A DNA stretch of 64,000 bases from Dimorphilus gyrociliatus (Eukaryota > Animalia > Annelida), in NCBI GenBank assembly GCA_904063045.1, contig CAJFCJ010000003.1, positions 1,922,001 through 1,986,000 of the forward strand, in the 5' to 3' direction. This document shows positions 15,161-34,423 of this stretch, in pieces. A program made the position numbers and the translations under genes. The stretch's first letter is position 1, and each line of letters opens with the position of its first letter. The notes under the pieces were generated by a model. It worked only from the letters and a program-made list of their open reading frames with translations. It was not told where the DNA came from and ran no database searches.

Positions 15161-16124
15161 ATGGCTACGGCTGCGGCGTCGCGCCACTCCTGGACCAACC
15201 TAGACTACGAATCGCCTGTAAATATGGATTTTGATTTGGACTTACATGCCACCATGACGAATACGTCTTCTTATTCTCAGCCTGTCAATGAATCCGTTTG
15301 GACATCTCCGGATAGAGGCAATATATTAGATATTAGTGATCGAAAAGTGTCAGCAACAACCCCGCTTCAACATTTGGAGCAGTGTATGACACAGGTTTCA
15401 AATGTAAGCAATTATAACCGAATACCACAAAGTATGCTCGGGCACAACAGTCCGAATACATCAGCCCATGCCCCTGTGTCTCCCCTCTCCGGTTCTAATG
15501 ATTCGTCAACGGGTGAGTACGTTATCTGCAGAAATATTAGGCTGTATATGTTATCTTTATATTTATGGCTTTAAAAATCGTTTGAAGCGCGTGTCATATT
15601 TCTTTTACAACTTTGCCGCCAAGAGGTGGCGCCTTAAACTACCTATTAATGTCCCTTTGTTCCTGCTGCCATCTATAGATTTAACAAAATGAACTAAAAA
15701 GCAACTTTTCCAGGTGATTTCTTAGTGAGAAATCATCTCTGTGATGAATTTTCCCATCACCACCAAATTGCCCAATCAAGGAAACGATATAAGGTGCGCC
15801 TTCTTCTTCCCTTTCTTACGATCTTTCATAACCATATTGAAACCTGTTTCTGAGAAAAACTTTTTTTTTTGCCTTTCCTAGCAAGCTACACCTCCCGACC
15901 AAAAAGATGACAAATACTGGCAAAGGAGACAAAAAAATAACATTGCTGCCAAACGTTCACGAGATGCTAAGCGAAATAAAGAACAAGAAACAATGCAAAA
16001 GGCTGCAAATTTAGAGAAAGCCAATACTGAATTAAAGAGACAAGTTAATGAATTACAACAAAAAAATAAAGAACTCACACGAAGATTATCAAAATATGAA
16101 AACGATAAAACATTTCTTTCATAA
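15161..16124 (+). CDS. PAR-family bZIP transcription factor (TEF/HLF/DBP/Pdp1-like)
   Basis: Three exons (15161-15512, about 15714-15792, about 15881-16124). The last encodes [31 protein letters not shown] and a leucine zipper. A probable non-coding first exon ends near 14020 (gtgagt). Confidence 0.9.
15618..15633 (+). promoter_or_regulatory. CTCF-like motif GCCAAGAGGTGGCGCC
   Basis: Close match to the CTCF core CCASYAGRKGGCRS, in intron 1 of the PAR-bZIP CDS. Confidence 0.6.
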
Positions 16125-17695
16125 ATGTTTAGCATTGACTTGATTGTTAAAATCTGTCTATATTTTATTATAAAACGTTAGGGAATACGTAAGAGTGAAG
16201 AAGTCTTATATCGTTACATCGTAGTCATCGCATTCTATCCGTATAATGTCATACATATGTATCGTTACTGTTTATAGAGAAATATAGTCGCAAGTTTCAT
16301 TTTTCGAGAATTTTTTACAGATATTACTTTCTGAAAAGTTTATTTTTAAGTCAATATAGATGAAATTTAGAGAATCTATAAACAATATTCAAAGAAAAAC
16401 AAATTGTGTGAGATTATGTAATCTATTATGATAAACAACAAAAGTCTTTGGACATTAGATTTGCGAAAGACCATCGTACCTACATTAAAAAAGATATTTA
16501 TTTGAAATTAATACATGTCAAGTTCATGTTGATAAAAAAGAAACATTTTTTTTTAGGAAACTTTGATTCCCAATGAAAGATGAAACTTGAATAGGCTGTC
16601 TTTTAAATGAAAATAGAATATAGTACACCTAGCAATAATATCGATGACGTAACCCGCTAAAAATAACACAAATAAAATGATCAAAAAATCAATATTGACT
16701 TTTCCCACTCGAAAATACTTTAATCATAAACGTTATATTACAGGTAAAAGTTGTCTTTAAAGATGTAGCCTTGTGACGCCATCTCTTGAGCAAATCTATA
16801 ATCACTAAGCGCATTATAGTTAAATTGTGAAACTTGCTGAAGTTCTGTCATAATGCCATCTGTCGATAATGTTAAGTAAAACAGGGAAAAATTTGCAACC
16901 ATGACGGAAAATCGTTTTCATACTTTAATCTTATAACGCACTGTTAAGTGCGTCGGACAATTAGTTGCTTATAAAACTTTGAGAAAATCGGCTTTATAGG
17001 AAGCCGGCGGAAAATGAATGACGTCACGAAGAGTTAATGAAAGTTTGTAGTTGTAACGTATTAACGCCTCGATTTTTCAGTTAGTCTCTGATCAAACAGT
17101 CTACCATACCTACAGGATATAACGCTTTCAAAATGTGGGAAACCGCGGACAATTTGAGTGCCTTTGTTTTCTTACTATCTTTTGTTCATCACTAATATGA
17201 CTATAGGCAAAGGCTTAGATCCATTATATTAAAATGTTACACTACATGTGTTTGTTTTACAATTTGTAATTACGACGTTTTATTCTGGTATCTCAATCAA
17301 GAACTTACATCCTTTCGGCAATTTCCTCTGATCAAGTAATCGACGTTAATTGAAGAGTAAGTGCTTCAATTAGACGAAGACTTTTTCTTATATGTTTACG
17401 AAAAAATGAGTTGCTAGAAGTAAAATTAACTCATATACAACTTTTAAAGAGAACCACTGACCAGCGTCATCTACAGAAGAGATTCTTATTAAGTCTCAAT
17501 GCTGATTGGTGGGTATTTCGTAAACTCCTCCCACATATGCGTGACACAATTCGACACAAAGCTGAATGGTGATTGGTACGTAGGGAATGCTCCGCCTTCC
17601 CATGTGGTGGCAGCCACTCGAGGGAGAGAGTAGAACAGTCGATCGTGAAAACCCTTTGGTGCAAGATCAACGGCCCATCGTGGATAAGCTTATAC

Positions 17696-24437
<6,742 letters not shown>

Positions 24438-24699
24438 AATTAAAAACATACAGATCAGGAACAGTATTTGATCAGACTTTTTTTTAATATTTTCAAAATA
24501 CTTTTATAACAGTTTTTTTTTCTACTCTCTGTCCCTGTACGTGCAGTATCCGTCAATAAGCCATGGTCGTTACACATTTAAATAGTGCCAAATTGGAATC
24601 GTATAGGCCTGTGCTGTTGACCTAGACGCTGCACGGACAGTTTTAGCATGCAGAACAAAAAAAAACTAAATTATGCGATAAATTTATTGTGTATAGAGT

Positions 24700-24920
24700 G
24701 TATAACTTATAAATACGTATATATGATATATAAAGACCTGTGTGTGTCTACATATTTTTCCTTTTACCATTTTAATTGCATAAGTTTGGTGTCGCCGTTT
24801 GTATATATATTCTTGTTTTTCCTTACATGTGCTGTATATAACATATCATGTTATATATTTGTATATATCTTTATATATACTTATATATGCGTGTGTGTAT
24901 TCGTATGAGTATGTGCATAA
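24700..24920. repeat. TA/TG-rich low-complexity tract in the coe 3' UTR region
   Basis: Interspersed TATA/TGTG runs. Confidence 0.7.
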
Positions 24921-25615
24921 GCATCCATACGATTTATACATTATTCGCGTCTCCATACTTGTTTTTTTTTGTATAAATTAAATTTCTATAGATTTTCTAA
25001 AAACGAGTACGAATAATTCAAAACTTCTAGACATATGCGATGTAATTACAGGGCACGAAACTGTTTTTTTTTACGTAGCACTTTCCCTCTATTTATAAAC
25101 AATATTCCACACATACATATTATAAACATAGTCGTAAAAAGCAGAGCGCACAGAAAGTGAATGATGTAAGTCTTTGTTTGCAAAAAAACTCATCCGTCAT
25201 TCAACACGGTAGGAGACATTCTGACAGTATAGCTGATACTGACCGTCACTTGATTAGACGCTTTCTCGTGTTACTGCGTTATTTCAAGCTGCTCCATTTA
25301 ATGACATGCAACGGCGTCGAAATATGTCAGCGTATTTTCGAGTATTATTGAGTGTAAAACTGCAAAATTGCAAACAAACAATCCTCTTTCAACGCTTAAT
25401 ACATCTGCAGCAGCTGCGGTACGCAAAAGCCGAAAATGACTGCGCGATTACGTTCATTCCAGAGGGACGTCATTGTTCTCCGTGTACTGCAACAAAGCAT
25501 GGCTAATGATGGATGAAGGAGAGAGCGGTGGAATGGAGAAATAGACGACGAGACATTAGAAGAGTGTATAGCAATTCAATGCACGCTCTTCGCCAGTCAG
25601 ACGCTCAAAGCGGCG

Positions 25616-25625
25616 TCCCTTGGGA
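25616..25625. promoter_or_regulatory. Perfect COE/EBF binding palindrome TCCCTTGGGA
   Basis: Exact match to TCCCNNGGGA, about 1.2 kb past the coe stop codon. Confidence 0.5.
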
Positions 25626-28600
25626 TTAGAAAAGCCCGTTGAGAGACGTCTTCAGCGCAACTTCCTCTTACTAGATTCTGAGCTGACCTCGATGACCTCT
25701 ACACGTTCTACCAGCTATTGTTTGTCGCTCAAGAGCATTCGAAGCCAATGACCTTTGTAATTAGGTCACGTCGCCAATGATGCGTAACTGCACCGGCTGT
25801 CAGCAACTGCAACGGTGCTCTAGACTAACGACTGCAGCTATTTTACAGTTGATTGTCTATTTTAAACTGTTGCAGGCTTTTCCTTGTTACAAAATTTTTC
25901 AAAAGAAAATGAAAAGTATATAAATAAACAAGGAAAACGACGCTTCAAGAAACAGAGTAGCAGATGGGCGAAGCTAGAGAGCGTGCAGAGAACATTTGTG
26001 AACGTGAATAATAATAGAACACGCTAATTATTCTTTTGTACCCTTTGTTTTAGTCCGTATTCTTACAAATACAGTACATATATTGCTTAAATGGAATAAT
26101 CGTTTAAATATTATTCATATTTTTAAATAAAATTATTAAAAAATATTTGCATCAGACTTTTCATTTCGTCTTCGAAATAATTATTGATCATTCGAGCTAA
26201 AGCTAATCGAGTTAGACGATCTATCAAACGAATCGCATGAAATATAATAGAAAGGCATATGTTTGTGCACTCTCTATATATGGAGGAAAATAAGGAACTC
26301 TATATGAAAACGGGGCGGCCGGAAAAAAAGATAGCAGAATATAAAGTTGCTGCGCGCGATAAACTGCAATACCGCAACTCGTCTGTGCAACATTGCCCGA
26401 TGAGCCATTTATAAGTTATTCATGATACGTTTCGTGTTTGTGTGTCTATTGTGTATGGTAGAATGTGTTGCGTTCTGCCTTACAGTTACAGTATGGCATA
26501 TATAACAATTAAAACAATTAGTCTTATTAAACAAAAAATAATTAAATTTGTTCCATAAAAAATTTTTATTCTCATAAAATATATCTTTAACATATTTCAA
26601 GATATAATCGAAGTATCGGTCTCTTTTATAAAGTAAATATATACAAGCAGTATATAAACATTGAAATTTAAAGACTTTAAAATGAAGCTTCTTCGTGAAT
26701 AGCATTTTTTTTGGAAAAACGTAAAAAGCTGAAACAGTTACGATGTTTTTACGCCGTAATATAACTATATAAACGCATTAAAGAAGTATATATAAGCAAA
26801 GTAACATCTATAGAGCAGAATGAGCGTAGGGTAATTTTGAGTATAAAGAGCGACTTTTTTACTTTACTATGGTGTTTTACGAGGTTGGAGAGGGAGCATA
26901 TAAAGGATATGTTTAAAACGTTAATTACTCTCTGAAATGAGATGCAAATTAGCTTAAATCGAACAAACATTAGTTTGAGAAATGTCCCTTTGTAGAGTCG
27001 AACAGATGTCAACGGATGGCGGCGACCGTACAACGCGAATAAAATACCCTTCTTCCCCTTATCTTAGCGCAATATATTGCGCGCCAGCGTTGCCCGTTCT
27101 TATCAAAACTCATTTGCATATCGATAAAGTCGAACTGGCGTTTATCGTTTTTGTACGGCCATAGGCTTTTAAAGGCTCGACGAAGAGAATAAAAACGGCA
27201 TCAGGTGTTATTCGTCGAGTGAGTCCTGAATAATTTAGAAGTGAGGAGAACTATATTGAAATGAAACGCAGGCCGCCTTTTTCCTTATCAAATGTTAGGA
27301 AAAGTGAATGTTTTTCAACTTAAATTGCATCACAGCAGAAAATGTCAATGTCCAGCAGAGAACGGAGCGTTGCTGTCAGCGGGATAATACAGTCTGCCCC
27401 AACAATTATTTTGTTCTACAAACTTCTCTTAAAAAGAATGCTCGTATCTTCATTTTACACACTCTTCCTCCTTCGTGTGTCACGCAACACCGTCGCTACT
27501 TGTCAAGCTCATATACTCATCATCCATCTTTCGATTGATTCTCTTCAGCATTAATGCAATAAACTGCATCCTCATAGAGATTGAAGACTAAAAGAGAAAG
27601 GGACGCGCGGCGAAAGGGAGGAAGGGGGAGGGCGGTTAAGAGATAGAAAGAGAAAACAACGACAGTTGGCAGCGGCGAGCGAATGACAAGAGCAGATCGT
27701 TTGCCTCACACTAATCAACTGCAATTGGGGTTGCAGCAAACTGAGCGTCTAGGGATCCGACTCAAGTATGGCTCAGGGACGCCTTATTTTCCACTCAAAC
27801 ACCTCCTTCTTACCAACGCCAGCATACGCTTTTTTAACACAATTATCTACTTCAGTTGACAGTGTGTATATAATCCTTTTATCGGTTCTCCCTTTCAGCT
27901 CACTTCTTCTATAAGTAAACGATTATAACAAAAGTGTGACAAGGAAACTTTCTTGACCAAATAATTTAAATTGAAACATGAACATGTATTTTTTCTATTC
28001 ACCATCACGCGATACGGTCAAATATCAAGCAATTGATCTTTCTTCAGATAATCCGTGAAGGAAGATTTGAGAGAGGATTACCTATAATCCTTTAATCTGT
28101 TGAGATGCTACAGCGGCGGACGAGTTGCGTGATTGTATTGTTGATGGACATTGAATGGGTTTCCTAAAGTCTCTCTTGGGTCCCGATCGACACCGTTAGA
28201 TCTGTTAAGTATATATTTATACTTTCTATAAGTATACTCTCCTACAACAGTATCACGTGCCCATTTTAAACCGCGTCTACTCACTTATCAAAAGACAACA
28301 GAACAAGTGGAATAAGATTCTCAACATCTGCAACCCGTTACACTTTGAAGTTGATTAGGTCAACGCGTAAAAACATCCAAATGATATTCAGTCCGTATTA
28401 TCAGCTCCTCATGGACATTTTGTTTTTCATGTTCCGCTTCGTATAAAGTATCGATTCGTCCTCTTTAATCCTACTGAAAGCGTCGACCTTTTCTGCTATT
28501 CGAAATTTTCGCAACCGGCAGCGCACGCGCTCAACCTTTGCTACTTCAGCGGATGTTGCCGCTCGACGAATTTGGTTTACATTTTCCGGGGAGGCGACTA

Positions 28601-31280
28601 TTTTAAAAATAAAAGGATATACTGGAAAAAATCTTAGCAGACCGCGTAAATATTTCAATGGAAACGAATAACGCCGGGGGAATTGACGGGCACGCGCGAA
28701 TTATTCGCTATCATGATTCGTATATAGTTAACGAAATAGAATAACTAATATCTAGTACAAAGACAAACGGCGTTGAGTAAAGAGAAAGTACTTTACAAAG
28801 CAGAGACATTGTAAATGTTGACAAAGCATCCGTGAATGCAAACTCTAGGCCCGTGGGACCGGACAGCAAACAATTATTGCCGTATAGAGTTTTAGAGGGT
28901 GGATTTTGCGGACAAATCGATATAGATCAAGCATATATATAGAAGACTTACGTAGTATTTGCTTCAAATGCTACATGCTATCTATTCACAAATATACTTC
29001 AACATCGATTCAATGAAATTTTTATTGTATATACATACAACCAACACCAAGTTCATAATTGATAGATGAGCTTAGTACCAGTGGTGCCCTCTTGGGGATC
29101 AATTGAGTTTCGGCGCATGCGCCATCTTTTAAAGGGAAGAAGTGATGATGTGCCTCTTCAGACTGTTCATCGACGTGTGAACAAACGTTAGAAAACGCCT
29201 GATTTCTGTCTCATCCCTTGAGAAGAACTAAGCTTTGTGTGCACATGTCGACTTCGGCCCTAGCCCTAGCCTGCACCTGGTGCCGTCCGGCTAATGGAAA
29301 AAAGATTTGCTTCTTGACAAAAGAGTTATTTACAATAATATATCTAGCTCATACGCTTCAAGTCTTTATAAACTCTGTAGAAAAGAAATATTTATAAACG
29401 GGGCTGAATCGTTTTCCTTTTTAAACCCTCAACACGCAAAAGAGAACTGCGCTGCCCACTATAGTTGTTGAGCGGAGGGCGGAATAAAATATATGAAATT
29501 ATGCAAAACTTGCAAGTGAGTCCCTATTGGGAAATAGCTGCTTCACACTTTCCAAATTTGCACAAGTGCAATATTGGGCCGAACACCCCATGGCGACGAA
29601 AATTTGCCTTGCAATATACCCTTAATGCAACTGCATATATAACTTTATACAAACTATATCTGAACTATATGTGCTACAAATATGTAGGACAATAGCACAA
29701 TACACATATAGAGACGCTCCCGCAAAGTGTGCTCGTGTCAGATATCCAAGGAAGCGTTCAACTATGTAGAATCTTATTTCAATGAATGAATAATGAGTTG
29801 TGTGGACGTTTCTTCGTCTCATTACTTCATACTCGCATATAAACATAACTGAGTTGACTTCCATGTTCACTCACTTTAATCTTCTCTCTGAATAGCTGAT
29901 CATTCAGCTCTTTCTTTTCCATTATAGAGTAAGAAGAAGCAATTCAATTTTGTTGAAAGGTCTTTAACTCCGAATTTTTATCTGGTAATGTGACCCTATT
30001 ATAATTTTAAAATATATACTGCCAACTTGCGCACGAATGAATACGTGACGTTATACGTGAACGAATACTCGGCTCGCGATTACGTCATATCGCAGAAAGG
30101 GGCAGTCAAATAACAACGTACGTTAATGAACGTAAACGCTGCCGCCGGCAAACTGCATGCCTTGCTATTCTTCAATAAAATTGAATGCCACTTCAATAGG
30201 ATGGGTACGTTCAGCGACCGACGTAAGGTGTATAACGTCCTTATGTCATTTTTCTTCAGTTACATTAGGCCTATGAGAGGTTCACTTCCCTTGTGCCGAA
30301 AATATTAAAGACGATGTTTCGGACATGTCTCGGCGACGATTGACGCAAAATTTTTCTCAACTTGGAATGCTTCTACAATAAAATACAAGTAATAATAATA
30401 TTCTCTGAGTTTTCTTACCTTTACTAAATTTATTTAATTCAAAAAGAATTTTTTAATTCTTACTTCTTCAAATAGGTCAGAATTTTCTAAATATGCAGAA
30501 ATTATATTAACATGAATAGAAATGGAAGCAAAGGAAAAAATCCTCGGTTAAATTTTTTAGATCGATGCCAAAGTTCAAGTTTGAGGGAAAGAAGAGTTAT
30601 TTCTGCCTGCTTCTCTGAATTTTCCAACAAATAGTAGAAAATATGGAATTTCGCGCTTTATAATTAAGATATTATAAGCAATTTGAATGTACATATTACA
30701 TTATACAGCGAATAATAGCTTTCATAGAGAAAAATACGCTTGGATTATTGAGGCAAAATACAAGCTTTAAGTTAATAAACTGAACGGATCGGGGTGGATA
30801 ATTAAGTGAATGAACGCCAATTTTTGCAATCCTCATGGGATGACCCCGCGCTTATAATTTATTAATGTTTCTGTGATCAATTTATAAATGTATATACAAG
30901 AAACTATTGTTGTTAAGTGTTCTCTTCGTTTCTTACAATACAGTTGTGAGCATTCCATTTATTTAGTCTAGTAGCTGTGTGTTTAGCTCTCACTTTCCAA
31001 GTAGTTTAAAGTGTAGAGTCAAGTTGCTTTCAGTGTAGTGTAATTGAAAAGACTGTCTGAAAGGTTGAAAAAATAGGTTATTTATTTGAGTATACGGGAT
31101 AAACGTTTATATAAAGAACTGCCCACACGAAACAATTCGTCTCTCTATACAGTAATTTGGTTTTTCATACGCAAGAGAGATATAAAATATGCAAGACAGA
31201 ACATCTAATCAACTATTGAATTCTCAAGCTGGTCTGCGTTCGCCTCTTGTATTTATTCTTTTATGAGATAAGGTTTTCTA

Positions 31281-31376
31281 ATATATATATATATATATAA
31301 TATGTTAAAGAATCTCATATACATAAAATTTATATACTGTATGTATATATATATGTATAGTATATATATACTATAG
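31281..31376. repeat. Imperfect (TA)n microsatellite
   Basis: (AT)9 at 31281-31298 followed by TA-rich degenerate tracts. Confidence 0.85.
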
Positions 31377-33869
31377 AGTTAAGTCTATATGTCTAATTAA
31401 TATATAAGAGAAACTTTTATCAAAACATTCTAAATACATAGCGGCTTCTATTTGCAAAAATGAAGACGATCTAAGCCTAAATGATACATTACCGCTATTA
31501 GAAGAACTATGCGACAGACTGAAAGGGTAGTTTATTCAGCGGGCGTCACAATCTGCAACACTGCAACGTTCCAGCCCATCGCTTTGCACTAGTGCGTGTC
31601 GCTGGTTGGTCAAGATTACATTTCCTCTAAGTAAAAGAAAAGTTTTTCGCTGGAAAAATATGAGCGCGTTCGCTTATATAAAATCGAAGAAAAAGTCATT
31701 TGCTGATATTCCCAAATGTTCAACAAATGAGCAACAGCAACAGCGTTAATAGACGTATGCAGTTGTCTTGGGAATCCTTTCTGACACATACATCTCTCAG
31801 GTACTCTCAACGCAGCGGAACGAAAACAGAAAATTTAATCAACATCCCATAATCCAGTCAACATCACCACTATATACACCATCAAGTTGAATCAATAACC
31901 AACTTTTATATTAAATTATACATAATAGTCTGTCTCTAAAACTCTTTTGTGACTCACTTTTTGGGTCGTTCAGCTGCCTAATTAACAACTGGTGATGTGC
32001 ACTTCGATGTCAATCCTTTAAACCCCACTATCTCTTAAGCTTTTTAACAAGGAGAATTCTAGAGTGTGGTTAGTCTAAGACCTTTACTTCCATTTTTGAA
32101 AAAATAATGATTTGCAAGAAAGTTGTTTTAGCTAACTCCAAAGAATTATTTCCTTCACTAAACATAATTCTCTAAGCACTTTTTCTTTACAATTCATTTT
32201 TCTACAACGAATGTTCTAGTCAATTAAAATGTTCAGTCGGAAAAAAAGCCCTACATGTGTTGCCATCTACAGTGTTTAAAAGATATCATTTTCGCTATTA
32301 ATTTTATCATTCTCGTTATTTTATACTTCGAGCTTATAGTTATCTTCTTAAAATCTTCGTTTTTGCCTATAATCATATAAAGATGGAAATGTAGTGAAAA
32401 AATTCAACTATTCTGCTGAAGTGTATCTCAGGCAGACGAATAATAATATTATTAACTGCATTCTCTTGGAATTTGTAAAATTTTGTAGATAAAATAGCTA
32501 TTCAAATAACAAAAGTAAGCGAAATAAAATAATTTTGCTACCAATCGATACCTTTCGCAATAAATAAGAGAAATTTAAATAATTATAAATCACTATAATG
32601 TTGCATTTCATGTTATTAGAACGTTAGGATAAAAAAGAGATCAATCATTCTTTGTCCTGAGAACTGAAAAACAAAAATAAACTACTAATAGAAATATTTA
32701 TTTTTACCCCGAACCACAAATGACTTATCTAATTATTTTAAAATCAATTTAATATGATTTTCTTTTGGTAAAACCATTCATTCTGTGAGAAATTGCGAAA
32801 TGTCTGACTATATAAAGTGTATAGAAAAGTGACGGGGGCGGAGGGGTAAAATGGTTAATTTTAGCCTGGTATCTCTTACAAAAATGTTCGATATCAATAA
32901 TATGAAGATTGTTAAATAACTTCAGTTAGCAAAAAACATTAAACGTCATTGATAGTTAAGCAAAAAAAGAAAAATAGTATTTTATTTTGGTATGTTACTA
33001 TCTCGCCGTTGATAATGTAACAAGATGATGAATTAGAGAGGTTTCGGGAATTGACATTCGCATGGATCTAATAAAAAAGAGGGTTACTAGAATATATTAC
33101 AAATAAGCTCAATGAATAACTGTAATGATATATAATCGAAAAATAAACGTATGAACAAACGCATTTCTTCCTCGAAAATAATTCGAAAAAGATTGAGAAT
33201 AATCACATTTACGGAATACAGACATCGACTTAAGATAAAAGCAGAATTTGATAAGCAAACTAATTTTCTTCAGCCATATAGAAAACATCGTTTTGTATAC
33301 TCTATATTCTTCAAAAATTATCTTTTGCGATGAATTTACGATCCAATTTCTTTCTTATTAGAATACATACGTTAATGCTTTTCTAATGGACGATTGTCGA
33401 TAATAAAATTACGAATATAATTCAACCTGTCTTCATATAGAAAATCATCTGATACTTTATTCATTCACTCTCAATTTTAATAAACGACAAGTTTAAGTAA
33501 TTACTAAAAATTCCATTACATTGAAAGTAAGTAAAAAGTTTTAGAGTAAATTAATGACAGTGTAATTTGAACATTTATAGGATTTTTTTCCCCGTTAAAT
33601 TTGTAACTATTTTTTTTTGCATAGCAAAATGAAATAATTTCCGAAAAAGGAAAAATCAAATTAATGCATTAGTGTTAAGTTGTACACATTTTTTTCTGTA
33701 TCAGATGTTCAACTCCTTCCAAATAGAATAATAATAATAGTTATGCCTTTGATCAAAAATTTACAAAAGCATTAAAAACAGATATCACCCAATTCCGTTG
33801 GGTGATGTCTAAATCTAAAAGTTACCAATCTGTCCATTAGTTTTTCGCTTTAGCCGTTTTTTTCTTCAA

Positions 33870-34423
33870 CCACTAGATGGCATGAAGGGTTTTTAAGGAA
33901 CGCCACCTGCTGTATATCATTTGGATAATATGAATAGTATTAAATCTGGATTATGAGTAATTTGAGAACTTGATTACAAGGAAAAAGAAACAATTAAAAA
34001 AATTACCATTTTATGAGTGTTGCAAATGGAACAGGATAAAGGAATTAAGTAACTGTTTCAGAGACTTTTCATTACGCCTCTAACTTTTATTCGCTTTATT
34101 TAATAATTTTCATATTCCCGTTGAATATATAATACAAATTGAATATGCCTTTATGCCATAACTTTCAATCCGTTTACGAACCGAAAGTAAATTGCTGAAA
34201 AAAATTTAAGTTTTATACATTAGATGGCAGCACAACTAAACAAAACCATATCCACTTAAATAAAGAGTAAAACAAAATAGGCTGCCGCTGCTTTTCATTT
34301 AGCAAGTTAATCAACTTCATACGTACTACAAAATGCTTCTTAACAAGATTACCTAAGAGCTTAATGATTTGCTTACCGTTTGTTTACAAATATTAATGAT
34401 TGTTAATTGTTTAGATGGCGCTG
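33870..34423. promoter_or_regulatory. Cluster of four CTCF-like motifs
   Basis: CCACTAGATGGCA (33870, +), CAGCAGGTGGCG (33901-33912, -), CATTAGATGGCAGCA (34218, +) and GTTTAGATGGCGCTG (34409, +). Confidence 0.55.
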
